Positions 1 through 7,810 of a stretch of 12,149 bases of DNA are shown piece by piece. How positions within the stretch are numbered: the stretch's first letter is position 1; each line of letters begins with the position of its first letter. Source of the DNA: Chthonomonadaceae bacterium (lineage in GTDB: Bacteria; Armatimonadota; Chthonomonadetes; Chthonomonadales; Chthonomonadaceae). The translations under genes and the position numbers were made by a program. Location of the stretch: contig JAYTEU010000052.1 in NCBI GenBank assembly GCA_043734985.1, positions 1-12,149 of the forward strand, in the 5' to 3' direction. The notes beneath the pieces were generated by a model. It made no database searches. It saw only the letters and a list, made by a program, of their open reading frames with translations, and had not been told where the DNA came from.

Positions 1-173
1 TCGCCATCGGCCAATCCCGGCGTATACACCGGCCGCTTCGTCACTTCCATCAACGGCGCGGGCGGCTTCTTTGCAGCGCCGTCCTGCGCGGGAACGGCAT
101 GCGCCCCGATTATTGGAACCATGCCTGCCATTAGCGCCGCAACGACGAAGCGTCTACACAATCCATAATTCAT
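1..173 (-). CDS. 5' portion of a secreted protein of unknown function (N-terminal Sec-type signal peptide). Partial: it runs off the left edge of the window.
   Basis: Minus-strand ATG at 171-173, preceded by AAGGGGAG (SD) 6 nt upstream. Translation is MNYGLCRRFVVAALMAGMVPIIGAHAVPAQDGAAKKPPAPLMEVTKRPVYTPGLADG...: a basic n-region, a hydrophobic core and an AHA-type cleavage motif typical of a signal peptide. The open frame continues to position 1, which is why the ORF track (no stop in window) does not list it. Confidence 0.45.
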   Translation of the reverse strand, partial: MNYGLCRRFVVAALMAGMVPIIGAHAVPAQDGAAKKPPAPLMEVTKRPVYTPGLADG

Positions 174-319
174 CGTCAACTCCCCTTTTCGCCGCGACGG
201 TCCCGCGGTCCCAGGTCTCGTTCGGCAACCATCAAGCTATTCCCTGCCTCGCCATTCCCGACGACAGAGCCGCGACACCAGACGTGGCTTTGAAGGAATG
301 AAGAATCTGACGTAACGAA

Positions 320-835
320 TTATTCCGCTTGACCGGCCCTGGCATCGTCGATGAGCATCTGCTGAAGGTCGAGCAGCTCCAAAACGTGCAGTCTGTCTTT
401 CGGACGGTCGGCGACACGTTTCATTGCAATGAGATCGTCGATTGAGGCCACACGGACATCCATGCCATAAATATCCATCGTTTCACCTCGGTTCCACAAT
501 CCCTCGAAGCTGTCAACGCCGTCGGGAACCGCAAGCAAGTCCATATCACCAACGTCAGTGGTCAGGGTGAGGTTGAGGACATTTCGGAAAGTCCGTTCGT
601 CCAAGATAAACGGGAGATCGGCAGGCACATTGCGGAGGCGTGCGTGACTCTTCCTTAATACTTCTGCGATCGCAGAAAGGTTTTCTTTACTGCGATCGTA
701 AGCCACGTCAATGTCACCCGTAATGTGGGTGGCGCCTCGCACAATCATGGCCAGGCCACCGATTACCACGAATCTAACATGGCCCTCAATCAGTCGACTT
801 ATTGCTGCGCGAAAGTCTGTATTCCCGACCTGCAC
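320..835 (-). CDS. Nucleotidyltransferase-fold protein (Pol-beta superfamily, minimal NTase), possibly a toxin/antitoxin or defence-module component.
   Basis: The ORF 320..880 has the classical hG[GS]-x(9-13)-DhDh NTase motif (VVIGGLAMIVRGATHITGDIDVAY) and a C-terminal AMKRVADRPKDRLHVLEL segment seen in small stand-alone NTases. The codon at 880 is TTG, not ATG. A GTG at 833-835 is preceded by GGGAG 7 nt upstream, so I place the start there. The precise start remains uncertain; TTG 880 is also possible. Confidence 0.65.
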   Translation of the reverse strand: MQVGNTDFRAAISRLIEGHVRFVVIGGLAMIVRGATHITGDIDVAYDRSKENLSAIAEVLRKSHARLRNVPADLPFILDERTFRNVLNLTLTTDVGDMDLLAVPDGVDSFEGLWNRGETMDIYGMDVRVASIDDLIAMKRVADRPKDRLHVLELLDLQQMLIDDARAGQAE

Positions 836-1031
836 GTTCAAACTCCCTAGATATTTGCAATGCCCGTTGGAGCCATTCAATTCGCTCTGTAGGTGTCCGC
901 CTCAGACTTGCGCGAAACATTGTCAGGTCGTAACCATTTGCGCCCTGGTCGAATTTGCCGGAGAGGGCGCGTTTAAGGAACTCCCGATGCTCCTCGGATA
1001 AATGTGCGTATTCGTCCTCTATTTCGTCCAT
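786..1031 (-). CDS. Small hypothetical protein (81 aa), the upstream partner of the NTase gene; its 3' end overlaps the NTase 5' end.
   Basis: ATG at 1029-1031 with a GGAGG SD at 1039-1043 (7-nt spacing). Translation is MDEIEDEYAHLSEEHREFLKRAL.... It has no recognisable domain and no HEPN Rx4-6H motif. It overlaps the NTase ORF by about 50 nt (about 95 nt if the NTase starts at 880). Confidence 0.5.
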   Translation of the reverse strand: MDEIEDEYAHLSEEHREFLKRALSGKFDQGANGYDLTMFRASLRRTPTERIEWLQRALQISREFERAGREYRLSRSNKSTD

Positions 1032-1053
1032 GGATCGCCTCCAATCTCAGCTA

Positions 1054-1059
1054 ATTGTA
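1054..1059 (-). promoter_or_regulatory. Candidate -10 element (TACAAT on the minus strand) for the small-ORF/NTase cassette.
   Basis: Minus-strand TACAAT lies about 22 nt upstream of the small-ORF ATG. No convincing -35 at 17 nt. Confidence 0.2.
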
Positions 1060-1209
1060 CCATGGCGCGCTTAAACCGCCCCTTAACACTCGCGAATGTC
1101 GGCGAGAATATTGCGCCAACTGCTGCTCAAGAGACCGCTTGCCTGAATAGGCTGGAAATTCGAGAACTTTTGTCGTAACCTGATGAACGCCTGATTGCCG
1201 CCGCGCTCC

Positions 1210-2925
1210 CTAACTCTTTCGCTTCTCCTCGCGAAATTGCGTATTCCGCCACTGGGCAAAGAGCGGCTTCAGCTTGTTGCGCTGGTATTTGCCGGTCGAT
1301 GTGACAGGAAAAGTGTCGCCGAATAGAACGACTTTGGGCGATTTGGCGAAAGGAAGTTCAGCGCGGCAAGCGGCGAGGACTTCAGCTTCCGAAATCTGCG
1401 ATTCGGGTTCGCGCTGTACGTAGGCTCCGATCTCCTCGCCGTAGATCGCGTTATCGAACCCAACCGCCATTGCGGCCCGAACGCCGGGAATCGCGGTCAG
1501 TACCTCATCGATATCGAATGGCGAGTAATTGACGCCGCCACGGATAATAAGCTCCTTGAGACGGCCGGTAATGAAATAGTAGTCCGCTCCATCCGTGCCT
1601 CTTTTGAGGAAGCCCTCATCGCCCGACCGAAACCAGCCGTGCGCAAAGGTGTCGCGATTCGCGTCCGGCCGCTTGAAGTAGTATTTCATCACGTTGGGAC
1701 CGCGCGCCACGATCTCGCCACGGACTCCTTCAGGCTGAGGATTTCCATCAGCGTCGTGAATGGCCATCTCATTTGCCGAAATCGGACAGCCGATGGAAGG
1801 GAATCCTCGATCGAACATCCAGTCGCGATAGGCCGCAGGGTCGAGGCCGATGGGCAAAAAAGTAGAATAGCAGGTCGTCTCGGAGAGTCCATATCCATGC
1901 ACGACTCGGAGGCCAAACGCCGAATCGAAACGGTGCGCCAATTCTGTGGAAAGCGGGCCCGCGCCGCAGATAAAGTGGCGGAAAGCGCTCAGGTCGAAAG
2001 CCGACAGGTCCTCCCCGCGTTCGCACAGAAACGCCAGCAGCGTCGGCACTACGCTGACCCACGTACACCGCTCAGCAGCCAGTGTCCGCCAGAATGTCTG
2101 AACGTGAAAACGGCGATTGAGAACGATGCTCCCTCCGGTATACAGCGGCGTCATTAGAGTGACCACTGTGCCGTTTACATGGTGGATCGGCAGGACGCAC
2201 ATAGCGCGGTCGTCGGCTGTGAACCGGTGCCATTCGGCGATGCCGTGCGCATCGGTCAGCAGGTTCGACTGATCGAGCACCACTCCCTTCGGCGCACCCG
2301 TCGTGCCGGAGGTGTAGACCAGCAGCGCCTCCGTCGAAGCCGGCATGTCGGCGTCCGGTTCGAGCAGGTCCGGCTGAGGCTCGTCCGAGGAGCCAGATCC
2401 GAGTGAATATTCCGGCGTCTCACCTTGTCGGCGAGTCACTCGTGTTAGGAGTTCAGGAAGAGCGACAGTGTCCAGTCGCGCTTCATGAGCTTCCGCGGCA
2501 AATACCGCTCGTGCTTCGGAGTTTTGGAGGATGAAGGCGATGCGGTCGTCGTCCTCGCCGGAATTTATCGGTACGACTGCAATCCCTGCCAGCCAGGCGG
2601 CGAAGTAAATCGCAACGGTGTAGGGATCGTTTCCGCGCAGTGTCGCAATCCGGTCGCCTGGCTTAAGGCCCATCTCATTGCGCATCTCGGCGGCCAGTCG
2701 GCGAACTGCGATGTAGAATTCGCGACAGGTGTACTCCGCCGCCCTTCCCGTGTCCTCATAGTAGGTCAGGAACGGTTTTTCGGGGTGTTCCGCCGAGCGA
2801 AAGGCCAGCAACGTTCCGATATTCGGCACGGTAAACTGCGGTTCCACAGAGTGCGACAACCGCCTCGCGTGCTCTATAAGTGCGGCCGTTTCCGGCAAAA
2901 TGCTCTCCGAATCGAAGGTCGTCAT
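1210..2925 (-). CDS. AMP-dependent synthetase/ligase (acyl-CoA synthetase / ANL adenylating enzyme family).
   Basis: ANL core motifs are present: YTSGTTGAPKGV (A3, P-loop), GYGLSETT (A5), FRSGDEGF (A7), GRLKELIIRGGVNYSP (A8) and PVTSTGKYQRNKL (A10 lysine). The tool start at 2943 is GTG; the ATG at 2923-2925 has GGAGG 8 nt upstream and is the preferred start. Protein is about 571 aa. Confidence 0.9.
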   Translation of the reverse strand: MTTFDSESILPETAALIEHARRLSHSVEPQFTVPNIGTLLAFRSAEHPEKPFLTYYEDTGRAAEYTCREFYIAVRRLAAEMRNEMGLKPGDRIATLRGNDPYTVAIYFAAWLAGIAVVPINSGEDDDRIAFILQNSEARAVFAAEAHEARLDTVALPELLTRVTRRQGETPEYSLGSGSSDEPQPDLLEPDADMPASTEALLVYTSGTTGAPKGVVLDQSNLLTDAHGIAEWHRFTADDRAMCVLPIHHVNGTVVTLMTPLYTGGSIVLNRRFHVQTFWRTLAAERCTWVSVVPTLLAFLCERGEDLSAFDLSAFRHFICGAGPLSTELAHRFDSAFGLRVVHGYGLSETTCYSTFLPIGLDPAAYRDWMFDRGFPSIGCPISANEMAIHDADGNPQPEGVRGEIVARGPNVMKYYFKRPDANRDTFAHGWFRSGDEGFLKRGTDGADYYFITGRLKELIIRGGVNYSPFDIDEVLTAIPGVRAAMAVGFDNAIYGEEIGAYVQREPESQISEAEVLAACRAELPFAKSPKVVLFGDTFPVTSTGKYQRNKLKPLFAQWRNTQFREEKRKS

Positions 2926-3084
2926 CGAATCATCCTCCGGCACGGTCTGTCAGGCGAAAGTTACTATACCGGCATCCCCCAGCATTGCGAGCAACGGTGA
3001 ATCGTCGATTTCCAACGGCAGCGTTACTCGCGCGCGGCGTCGGGACGACTCGTAGGTGGCAAAGGTCCACTCCGTCTCACACGA

Positions 3085-4509
3085 TCACAGAACGTACGGC
3101 GCACGGTAATCGCGGCTAAGCATCCGCGATGCCTCGTCATCATCCGCGATCGTCTCGGCAAGCGGATCCCATTTCAGCGAATCCCGGCGCAGCCGCATAG
3201 CGATGTTGCCGAGTTGAGTAATGGTGATCGAGCGATGCGCGACTTCGGCGGGAGCGATCGGTTCCTCGCGGGAAATCACGCAGTCGATGAAATTTCGGAA
3301 GTGATCGTCGCTCTTGTAAAGGTGGATTTCCTTCTCACCAATAGCGGAGTTAAATATGTCCGGCGAGCTTGCTTCGTGCTTGCCCCGATCCGCCCAGACC
3401 CAGCCGTCCTCGCCTTCCCATGTCACGCCCGGCCGCGGTTTCTGCCTGATTAGCGCCGGCTCGGTCGATCCTGGGGCGCTCCCCTCTTCATTGGCGACGG
3501 CTCGGTTGGTGTCGGACACGACCATAGTAACGCCGTTTGCGTATACGGCCTCAAAATAGTACGCGGTCGCCGTGTCCCAGAGTTCGTCGGGTGGAAACTC
3601 GCCCCGGGCATTCCGTATTTCAATCGGTCCGGTCAGATCGGTTCCCATGCCCCATTGCGCGCAGTCTGGATGGTGGCCGCCCCAATCCGTGACCTGCCCG
3701 CCTGAGTAGTCGAGTATCCATCGAAAGTTGACGTGACAGCGCGCGGGCGCATAGGGTTTGTAGGGAGCCGGGCCAAGCCACATATCGTAATCGAAGCCGT
3801 CCGGTACCGGTTCGGGCTTCTTTCGGTCTCCCGTCTTGCCAAGATCGGGCCGCCCGCCCGGCAGACCGCAGTAAACCGTCTTCAGCCTGCCGATACGCCC
3901 ATTTCGCACGAGTTCGCAGGCGCGCCGAAAGTGCGGGTCCGAGCGCTGCTGGCTGCCGGTCTGGAGTATGCGCCCGTGGTCCCGGACCGCGTTGGACATC
4001 GCGCGCCCTTCTGCCACCGAAAGCGAGAGCGGTTTCTGGCAATAAATGTCCTTCCCGGCACGGCACGCCTCAATGACCTGCAGAGCATGCCAGTGGTCGG
4101 GAGTAGCGATCTCGACGGCATCGATATCCGCTCTGTCCAGCAGCTCGCGATAGTCCGAATAGGCGGCGCAGGCTGAATGGGTTCGCCTGCTCATCCCCGT
4201 GGCATAGGCTTCGTCCACCGTCCGACGCGCCGGCTCTCGACCTGCAACCGCGCCATTCCAGTATCCGGCGCTTTCGCGGTTAGCGTCGCACACCGCGACA
4301 ACCTGCACGCGAGGGTCTTTGAGGAAACTGCGCATATCACCGGTGCCCTGGTTGCCCGTACCGATAAAGCCCATCGTAATTCGGCTGCCGGGCGGAACCG
4401 CGCCATTTAGCCCCAGCGCCGTCGCGGGCACTATTTCCGGAAAAGCGCCGATTTTAGGTGATGAAGGCTGCGCTTGCGCACTTTGCAGTATGTTGGCATC
4501 CGAAGTCAA
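3085..4509 (-). CDS. Gfo/Idh/MocA-family NAD(P)-dependent oxidoreductase.
   Basis: N-terminal Rossmann motif MGFIGTGNQGTGDMRSFLKDPRVQVVAVCD, followed by the ...EIATPDHWHA..., CQKPLSL and C-terminal alpha/beta region typical of the family. Start is ambiguous. The tool start at 4515 is TTG. I prefer TTG 4509, which has GAGAGGA 7 nt upstream. An ATG at 4374 immediately before the Rossmann motif has no SD. There is no obvious Tat or Sec signal in the N-terminal extension. Confidence 0.8.
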   Translation of the reverse strand: MTSDANILQSAQAQPSSPKIGAFPEIVPATALGLNGAVPPGSRITMGFIGTGNQGTGDMRSFLKDPRVQVVAVCDANRESAGYWNGAVAGREPARRTVDEAYATGMSRRTHSACAAYSDYRELLDRADIDAVEIATPDHWHALQVIEACRAGKDIYCQKPLSLSVAEGRAMSNAVRDHGRILQTGSQQRSDPHFRRACELVRNGRIGRLKTVYCGLPGGRPDLGKTGDRKKPEPVPDGFDYDMWLGPAPYKPYAPARCHVNFRWILDYSGGQVTDWGGHHPDCAQWGMGTDLTGPIEIRNARGEFPPDELWDTATAYYFEAVYANGVTMVVSDTNRAVANEEGSAPGSTEPALIRQKPRPGVTWEGEDGWVWADRGKHEASSPDIFNSAIGEKEIHLYKSDDHFRNFIDCVISREEPIAPAEVAHRSITITQLGNIAMRLRRDSLKWDPLAETIADDDEASRMLSRDYRAPYVL

Positions 4510-4666
4510 TTGCAATTCCTCTCACGCGATATTCGGCATCAAATTACTCGCTCGAGTTCTACAGAGACAGCCGCAACTCCTCCGCCATTAATACGCAACT
4601 TTGGGCCATTCGGGTGACTGCGAGCGCACATTTTCGGGATTTGTCCGTCAGGAGGTAGCTGAGGAC

Positions 4667-4694
4667 TATATACCGAATCCCGTACTGGCGTCAA
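4667..4694 (-). promoter_or_regulatory. Candidate sigma70-type promoter (minus strand) for the oxidoreductase gene.
   Basis: Minus-strand TTGACG (forward 4689-4694), 16-nt spacer, TATATA (forward 4667-4672). Predicted TSS near 4660 gives a leader of about 150 nt to the TTG at 4509. Confidence 0.3.
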
Positions 4695-4777
4695 AGCCTG
4701 CTCACCATCAAACCAGGTACGGGCACTTAAATACTGAGAACGGAATCACCCTGTACCCGAAACATCACTATACGTGA

Positions 4778-4820
4778 GACACGGCCATGTGGTTGATTCC
4801 ATCAACCACATGGCCGTGTC
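4778..4820 (-). terminator. Very stable hairpin (perfect 20-bp stem, 3-nt loop) 27 nt downstream of the flotillin stop. Probably a transcription terminator or 3' stabiliser for the nfeD-floT operon; no U-tract follows.
   Basis: gacacggccatgtggttgat-tcc-atcaaccacatggccgtgtc is a perfect inverted repeat. It lies 3' of the minus-strand flotillin stop codon (4850-4852). The sequence after the stem on either strand is not T-rich. Confidence 0.45.
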
Positions 4821-4849
4821 ACGGGAAACTCTTCTCCCGCGCCAATACC

Positions 4850-6919
4850 TTACTTGGCTTGTACCGGCTGCTTCTCCTTGACTTCCACCACGATCGCCTG
4901 GAGTGGCGGCGCGATCGCGGGCGCCGCCAGCGCCTCCTGAAGCGCGGCGATGAAGGCGGGATTCTCGGCGAGCGCGCGTGCCAACTGGTCGGTCATCTCG
5001 GGTGTGACAGGCTTGCCCGAGTCGGCTCCGGTCACGCGGGAGAGAGCGGGCTGGATCAGCGAGCCCAATTGCGAAAGGAGACTGCCCACCGCATCGGATG
5101 AGGCGGGCTTTACGAACCCGTTCGCGGAGGTGGAACCGTTACCTGAGTGTCCGTTGCCGTTGCCGCTGGCGGTACTGCCACTCGCCGGACCGTTGACAAA
5201 CCCCTCGATCATCGAGCGCACGCCGAATCCTTTGGCCATGTTGTCCAGCATGGTCGTCGCAGTTTCGGGGGTCCCATAGAGCGTCATATGCCCGTTCGAG
5301 AGGAAACTAGCTAGCGATCGCGCAAACTCTATCTGTACATCGCGGCCCGCCTGAATGGTGAGACGCTGTAATTCGAGCTGAATTCCGGCCTCGGCGAACT
5401 CCTGCCGGTTCTCTAGCTGTTGGCGCTCGACCGCGACCTTCGCCTGCTCGACGTTAACCTGCTCGCGCGCTACGTCGACCGCGACCATCTGCTGCGCCTT
5501 CTCACCGCGCGCGGCCATCTCTTTCGCCTGGGCGTCGGCCTCCGCCAGCGAGCGTTTGGCTTCGGACTGTTTCACCGCGGACTCCCGCTCGGCTTCCGCC
5601 AGTTTTACGCGAGTATAGGCATCCACGTCCGCCGTAGTCTGTTGGCGCAGCTTGTCCTGCTCTATCTGCTGCCGGGCGGCTATCAGCTTCTTATTTGCCT
5701 CGCGATCCGCCTCGGCCAACTGGGTCACCGTTGTAACCTGCTGCCCGGCCTTCTCCCGGTCCGCCTGCGCAAGGAACGCGCCCTCCTCGGCCTTGGCCCG
5801 GGCGGACTCCTGTTCGGCGACGGCGATCTGCTTTAGGCGCTCCGCAACCGCGACGCTTTTATCGCGTTCGACGCCGGCCATTTGGACCTGCTGCTCCTTC
5901 GCGATCTGCGCGGATTGGACTGCCTGCTCCTGCATGGCGCGTGCGACCTCGATCGACTGCTGGCGTGCAATCTCCTGTGTCTGCGTCTGTTTATCCTTTT
6001 CGATCTTGGCAAGCTCGATCTGGCGCTGCTGCGTGATCAAGGCCTCCTGCGACTCCCGCTCTTTATCCGCGCGGACCTTGGCGATCTCGGTCGCCTGCGA
6101 GGCCTCGGCCTCCGCCTGCTGCCGCTCCAGCTCCAGTATCTGCTGGCGGGTTTCAACGTCCTTTAGCTTGCGAGCGCGTTCGGCGGACCGGTCCAGGTTG
6201 TTCCGCTCGACCGCCGCGGCGGCCGTGATCTCCGTGATCTTTTTCTTACCCTGGGCATCGAACACATTATTGTCGCTAAGCTCGGCCGGATCGGTCTGAT
6301 CGAGTTCGGATATCGTCACGGACTCCAGCAGCAATCCGTTGGCTTCAAGATCCGACTTGACGTGCTCCTTGACCTTCTCGGCGAATTCGTCACGCTTGGT
6401 GTGGATTTCGAAGAGGTCCATTTGAGAAGCGATCGCGCGCAGCGCCGAAACGAGTTTCTCGCTAACGAGCGCCTCGACGGCCTCCGCGTTGACGCTGCTC
6501 TCTCCCAGGCTGCGAGCCGCATTGAGAATGTGCTCCTCGTCCGCCTGGACACGAATATAAAATTGGGCGAGCACGTTGGCACGCAGGTTGTCTCGAGTGA
6601 TCAGCGCATTCTGGCCGCGCGGGTTTACACCCAGCTTCATCGTGCGAAGGTTGATCTCCAGCATCCTATGAAAGACGGGCACCACCATCGCGCCCCCATC
6701 GAGCACGACCTTATTGCCGCCACGCCCCGTGCGCACAAAGGCCATGTCCGCGGCAGTCCGCCTGTAATAGGACATACATGTCATAAGACCACCTGCAATT
6801 GCCAGCGCAACTCCGCCGGCGCCCATTCCGACCAGCGCGCCAAGCGGCAGGCGGAAGAAACCGCCCACGGCCGCGACGATAATCATCGCAATTCCCAATA
6901 ATGCAATTATGAACCCCAT
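4850..6919 (-). CDS. floT: Flotillin-family protein (SPFH/band-7 domain protein, FloT/YqiK-like).
   Basis: An N-terminal hydrophobic membrane anchor (IIALLGIAMIIVAAVGGFF...), then an SPFH domain (…VVPVFHRMLEINLRTMKLGVNPRGQNALITRDNLRANVLAQFYIRV…). A long Glu/Ala/Gln/Arg-rich coiled coil (flotillin EA repeats) follows, then a Gly/Ser/Ala-rich C-terminal tail. The tool start at 6985 is TTG. The ATG at 6917-6919 has AAGGAG 8 nt upstream and is preferred (689 aa). It sits immediately downstream of the nfeD-like gene, the conserved nfeD-flotillin arrangement. Confidence 0.9.
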   Translation of the reverse strand: MGFIIALLGIAMIIVAAVGGFFRLPLGALVGMGAGGVALAIAGGLMTCMSYYRRTAADMAFVRTGRGGNKVVLDGGAMVVPVFHRMLEINLRTMKLGVNPRGQNALITRDNLRANVLAQFYIRVQADEEHILNAARSLGESSVNAEAVEALVSEKLVSALRAIASQMDLFEIHTKRDEFAEKVKEHVKSDLEANGLLLESVTISELDQTDPAELSDNNVFDAQGKKKITEITAAAAVERNNLDRSAERARKLKDVETRQQILELERQQAEAEASQATEIAKVRADKERESQEALITQQRQIELAKIEKDKQTQTQEIARQQSIEVARAMQEQAVQSAQIAKEQQVQMAGVERDKSVAVAERLKQIAVAEQESARAKAEEGAFLAQADREKAGQQVTTVTQLAEADREANKKLIAARQQIEQDKLRQQTTADVDAYTRVKLAEAERESAVKQSEAKRSLAEADAQAKEMAARGEKAQQMVAVDVAREQVNVEQAKVAVERQQLENRQEFAEAGIQLELQRLTIQAGRDVQIEFARSLASFLSNGHMTLYGTPETATTMLDNMAKGFGVRSMIEGFVNGPASGSTASGNGNGHSGNGSTSANGFVKPASSDAVGSLLSQLGSLIQPALSRVTGADSGKPVTPEMTDQLARALAENPAFIAALQEALAAPAIAPPLQAIVVEVKEKQPVQAK

Positions 6920-7030
6920 TTCACTCGCTCCTTTGGAAAAGCTACCAGGGTCCTTTCGCGCGCCGTTACACTCGCGAAAAGTCAATCGATCTCACATCTA
7001 CCGTAACTGACCGGGGCATCGCCCGGCTCA

Positions 7031-7810
7031 TCACTCCACAACTTCCTCCACAAGCAGATTGCCCCGAGTATCACTGTCGACCACGATGGCACGACGGCCC
7101 CGCTCGATCGGCGGGTGCCCCGGCGACACGCGGCAACTCTCATCGTGAAGGGATCCATAATCGTCATAGATCATTATTCGCCCGCTCGACTCGCTTACTA
7201 CATAAGCTACATTGCCTTTCAATCCGAAAAGGCCGTTCCGCGACACGACTGACGTCTCCTCCGTGGGCATCAGTCTCGAGATTAGCTCGGATGCAAGCCT
7301 AGCGCCCACAACTCCGCACCCGGCGGCAATGGCCATCACCGGCAGAACCTGGATCAGCGTGGGCGAATGGTTATCTCGCAGAAGCTGCTGCGCCGCGATA
7401 CAGCCGCTCAATCCCCACACCAGGAAAAACGCTTGAAGTACCATCGGAAGGGGAGCGCGGCCGACACCGAAGATAGCGAGCATCGTCTGCGCCTGGGCGT
7501 CGGCCGCCTTGCCTGCCGCGCGATGGCTCGATCCCGCCTTTTGGTTATCTGCCGCGGCGTGATGGCCGGCCGCATGAGCCGGCGCATTTCCCGCGGCATG
7601 GCCAGCTGCATGCATTGGCGAATGCGCGGCCGCGTGGCCGCCCCCGATGTGGCCGTGCCCTCCAGATGCGGAGATACCGCCGTGCATGCTATGGACGCCG
7701 CTGTGATGACTGAATCGAAACGTCGAAAGTAGCAGCAAAAGCGCGGCAACTCCAAAGGGAACCAGGAAAATTAGATAGTGCCAATGCAAAAGCAACGAAG
7801 GATTTAACAA
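7031..7810 (-). CDS. nfeD: NfeD-like (YuaF/YqiJ-type) membrane protein with a C-terminal OB-fold. It carries an unusual His/Ala/Gly-rich insertion after the first transmembrane helix.
   Basis: TM1 is LIFLVPFGVAALLLLLSTF, followed by the His-rich segment. Two further hydrophobic helices follow. The C-terminal GLKGNVAYVVSESSGRIMIYDDYGSLHDESCRVSPGHPPIERGRRAIVVDSDTRGNLLVEEVV resembles the NfeD beta-barrel/OB domain. Start is TTG at 7808-7810 with a GGAGAGGAG SD 6 nt upstream; there is no in-frame ATG nearby. It lies upstream of flotillin on the same strand, the canonical pairing. Confidence 0.75.
   Translation of the reverse strand: MLNPSLLLHWHYLIFLVPFGVAALLLLLSTFRFSHHSGVHSMHGGISASGGHGHIGGGHAAAHSPMHAAGHAAGNAPAHAAGHHAAADNQKAGSSHRAAGKAADAQAQTMLAIFGVGRAPLPMVLQAFFLVWGLSGCIAAQQLLRDNHSPTLIQVLPVMAIAAGCGVVGARLASELISRLMPTEETSVVSRNGLFGLKGNVAYVVSESSGRIMIYDDYGSLHDESCRVSPGHPPIERGRRAIVVDSDTRGNLLVEEVVE

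Noticed and set aside
71-301. 76-aa plus-strand ORF at the left end.
   Set aside because: It runs antisense across the start and RBS of the minus-strand secreted-protein gene. It has no SD and a Pro/Arg-rich composition.
711-1001. 96-aa plus-strand ORF antisense to the NTase/small-ORF cassette.
   Set aside because: It overlaps two better-supported minus-strand genes and lacks an RBS.
1639-3000. Plus-strand ORFs 1639..2157 and 2485..3000, and minus-strand 1689..1916 and 1769..2068, within the acyl-CoA synthetase region.
   Set aside because: They overlap the ligase CDS, which has a full complement of ANL motifs. They are Arg-rich, with no RBS.
3620-4176. ORFs 3620..4066(-), 3733..4176(+), 3882..4121(-) and 4177..4410(+) inside the oxidoreductase gene.
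   Set aside because: Shadow ORFs in a GC-rich gene. The Gfo/Idh/MocA frame is clearly the coding one.
4665-4700. tRNA-like T-loop word CCGAATCC in the 4516-4849 intergenic region.
   Set aside because: The flanks cannot form T-stem or acceptor-stem pairings, and there is no anticodon arm. It is a chance match embedded in the putative promoter.
5652-6299. 215-aa Cys/Ser/Ala-rich ORF on the plus strand (plus 5420..5836 and 5882..6166 Leu/Arg-rich ORFs).
   Set aside because: These are shadow frames antisense to the EA-rich coiled-coil region of the flotillin gene. The repetitive GCN/GAR codon composition generates long open frames on the opposite strand. There are no RBSs and no protein-like composition.
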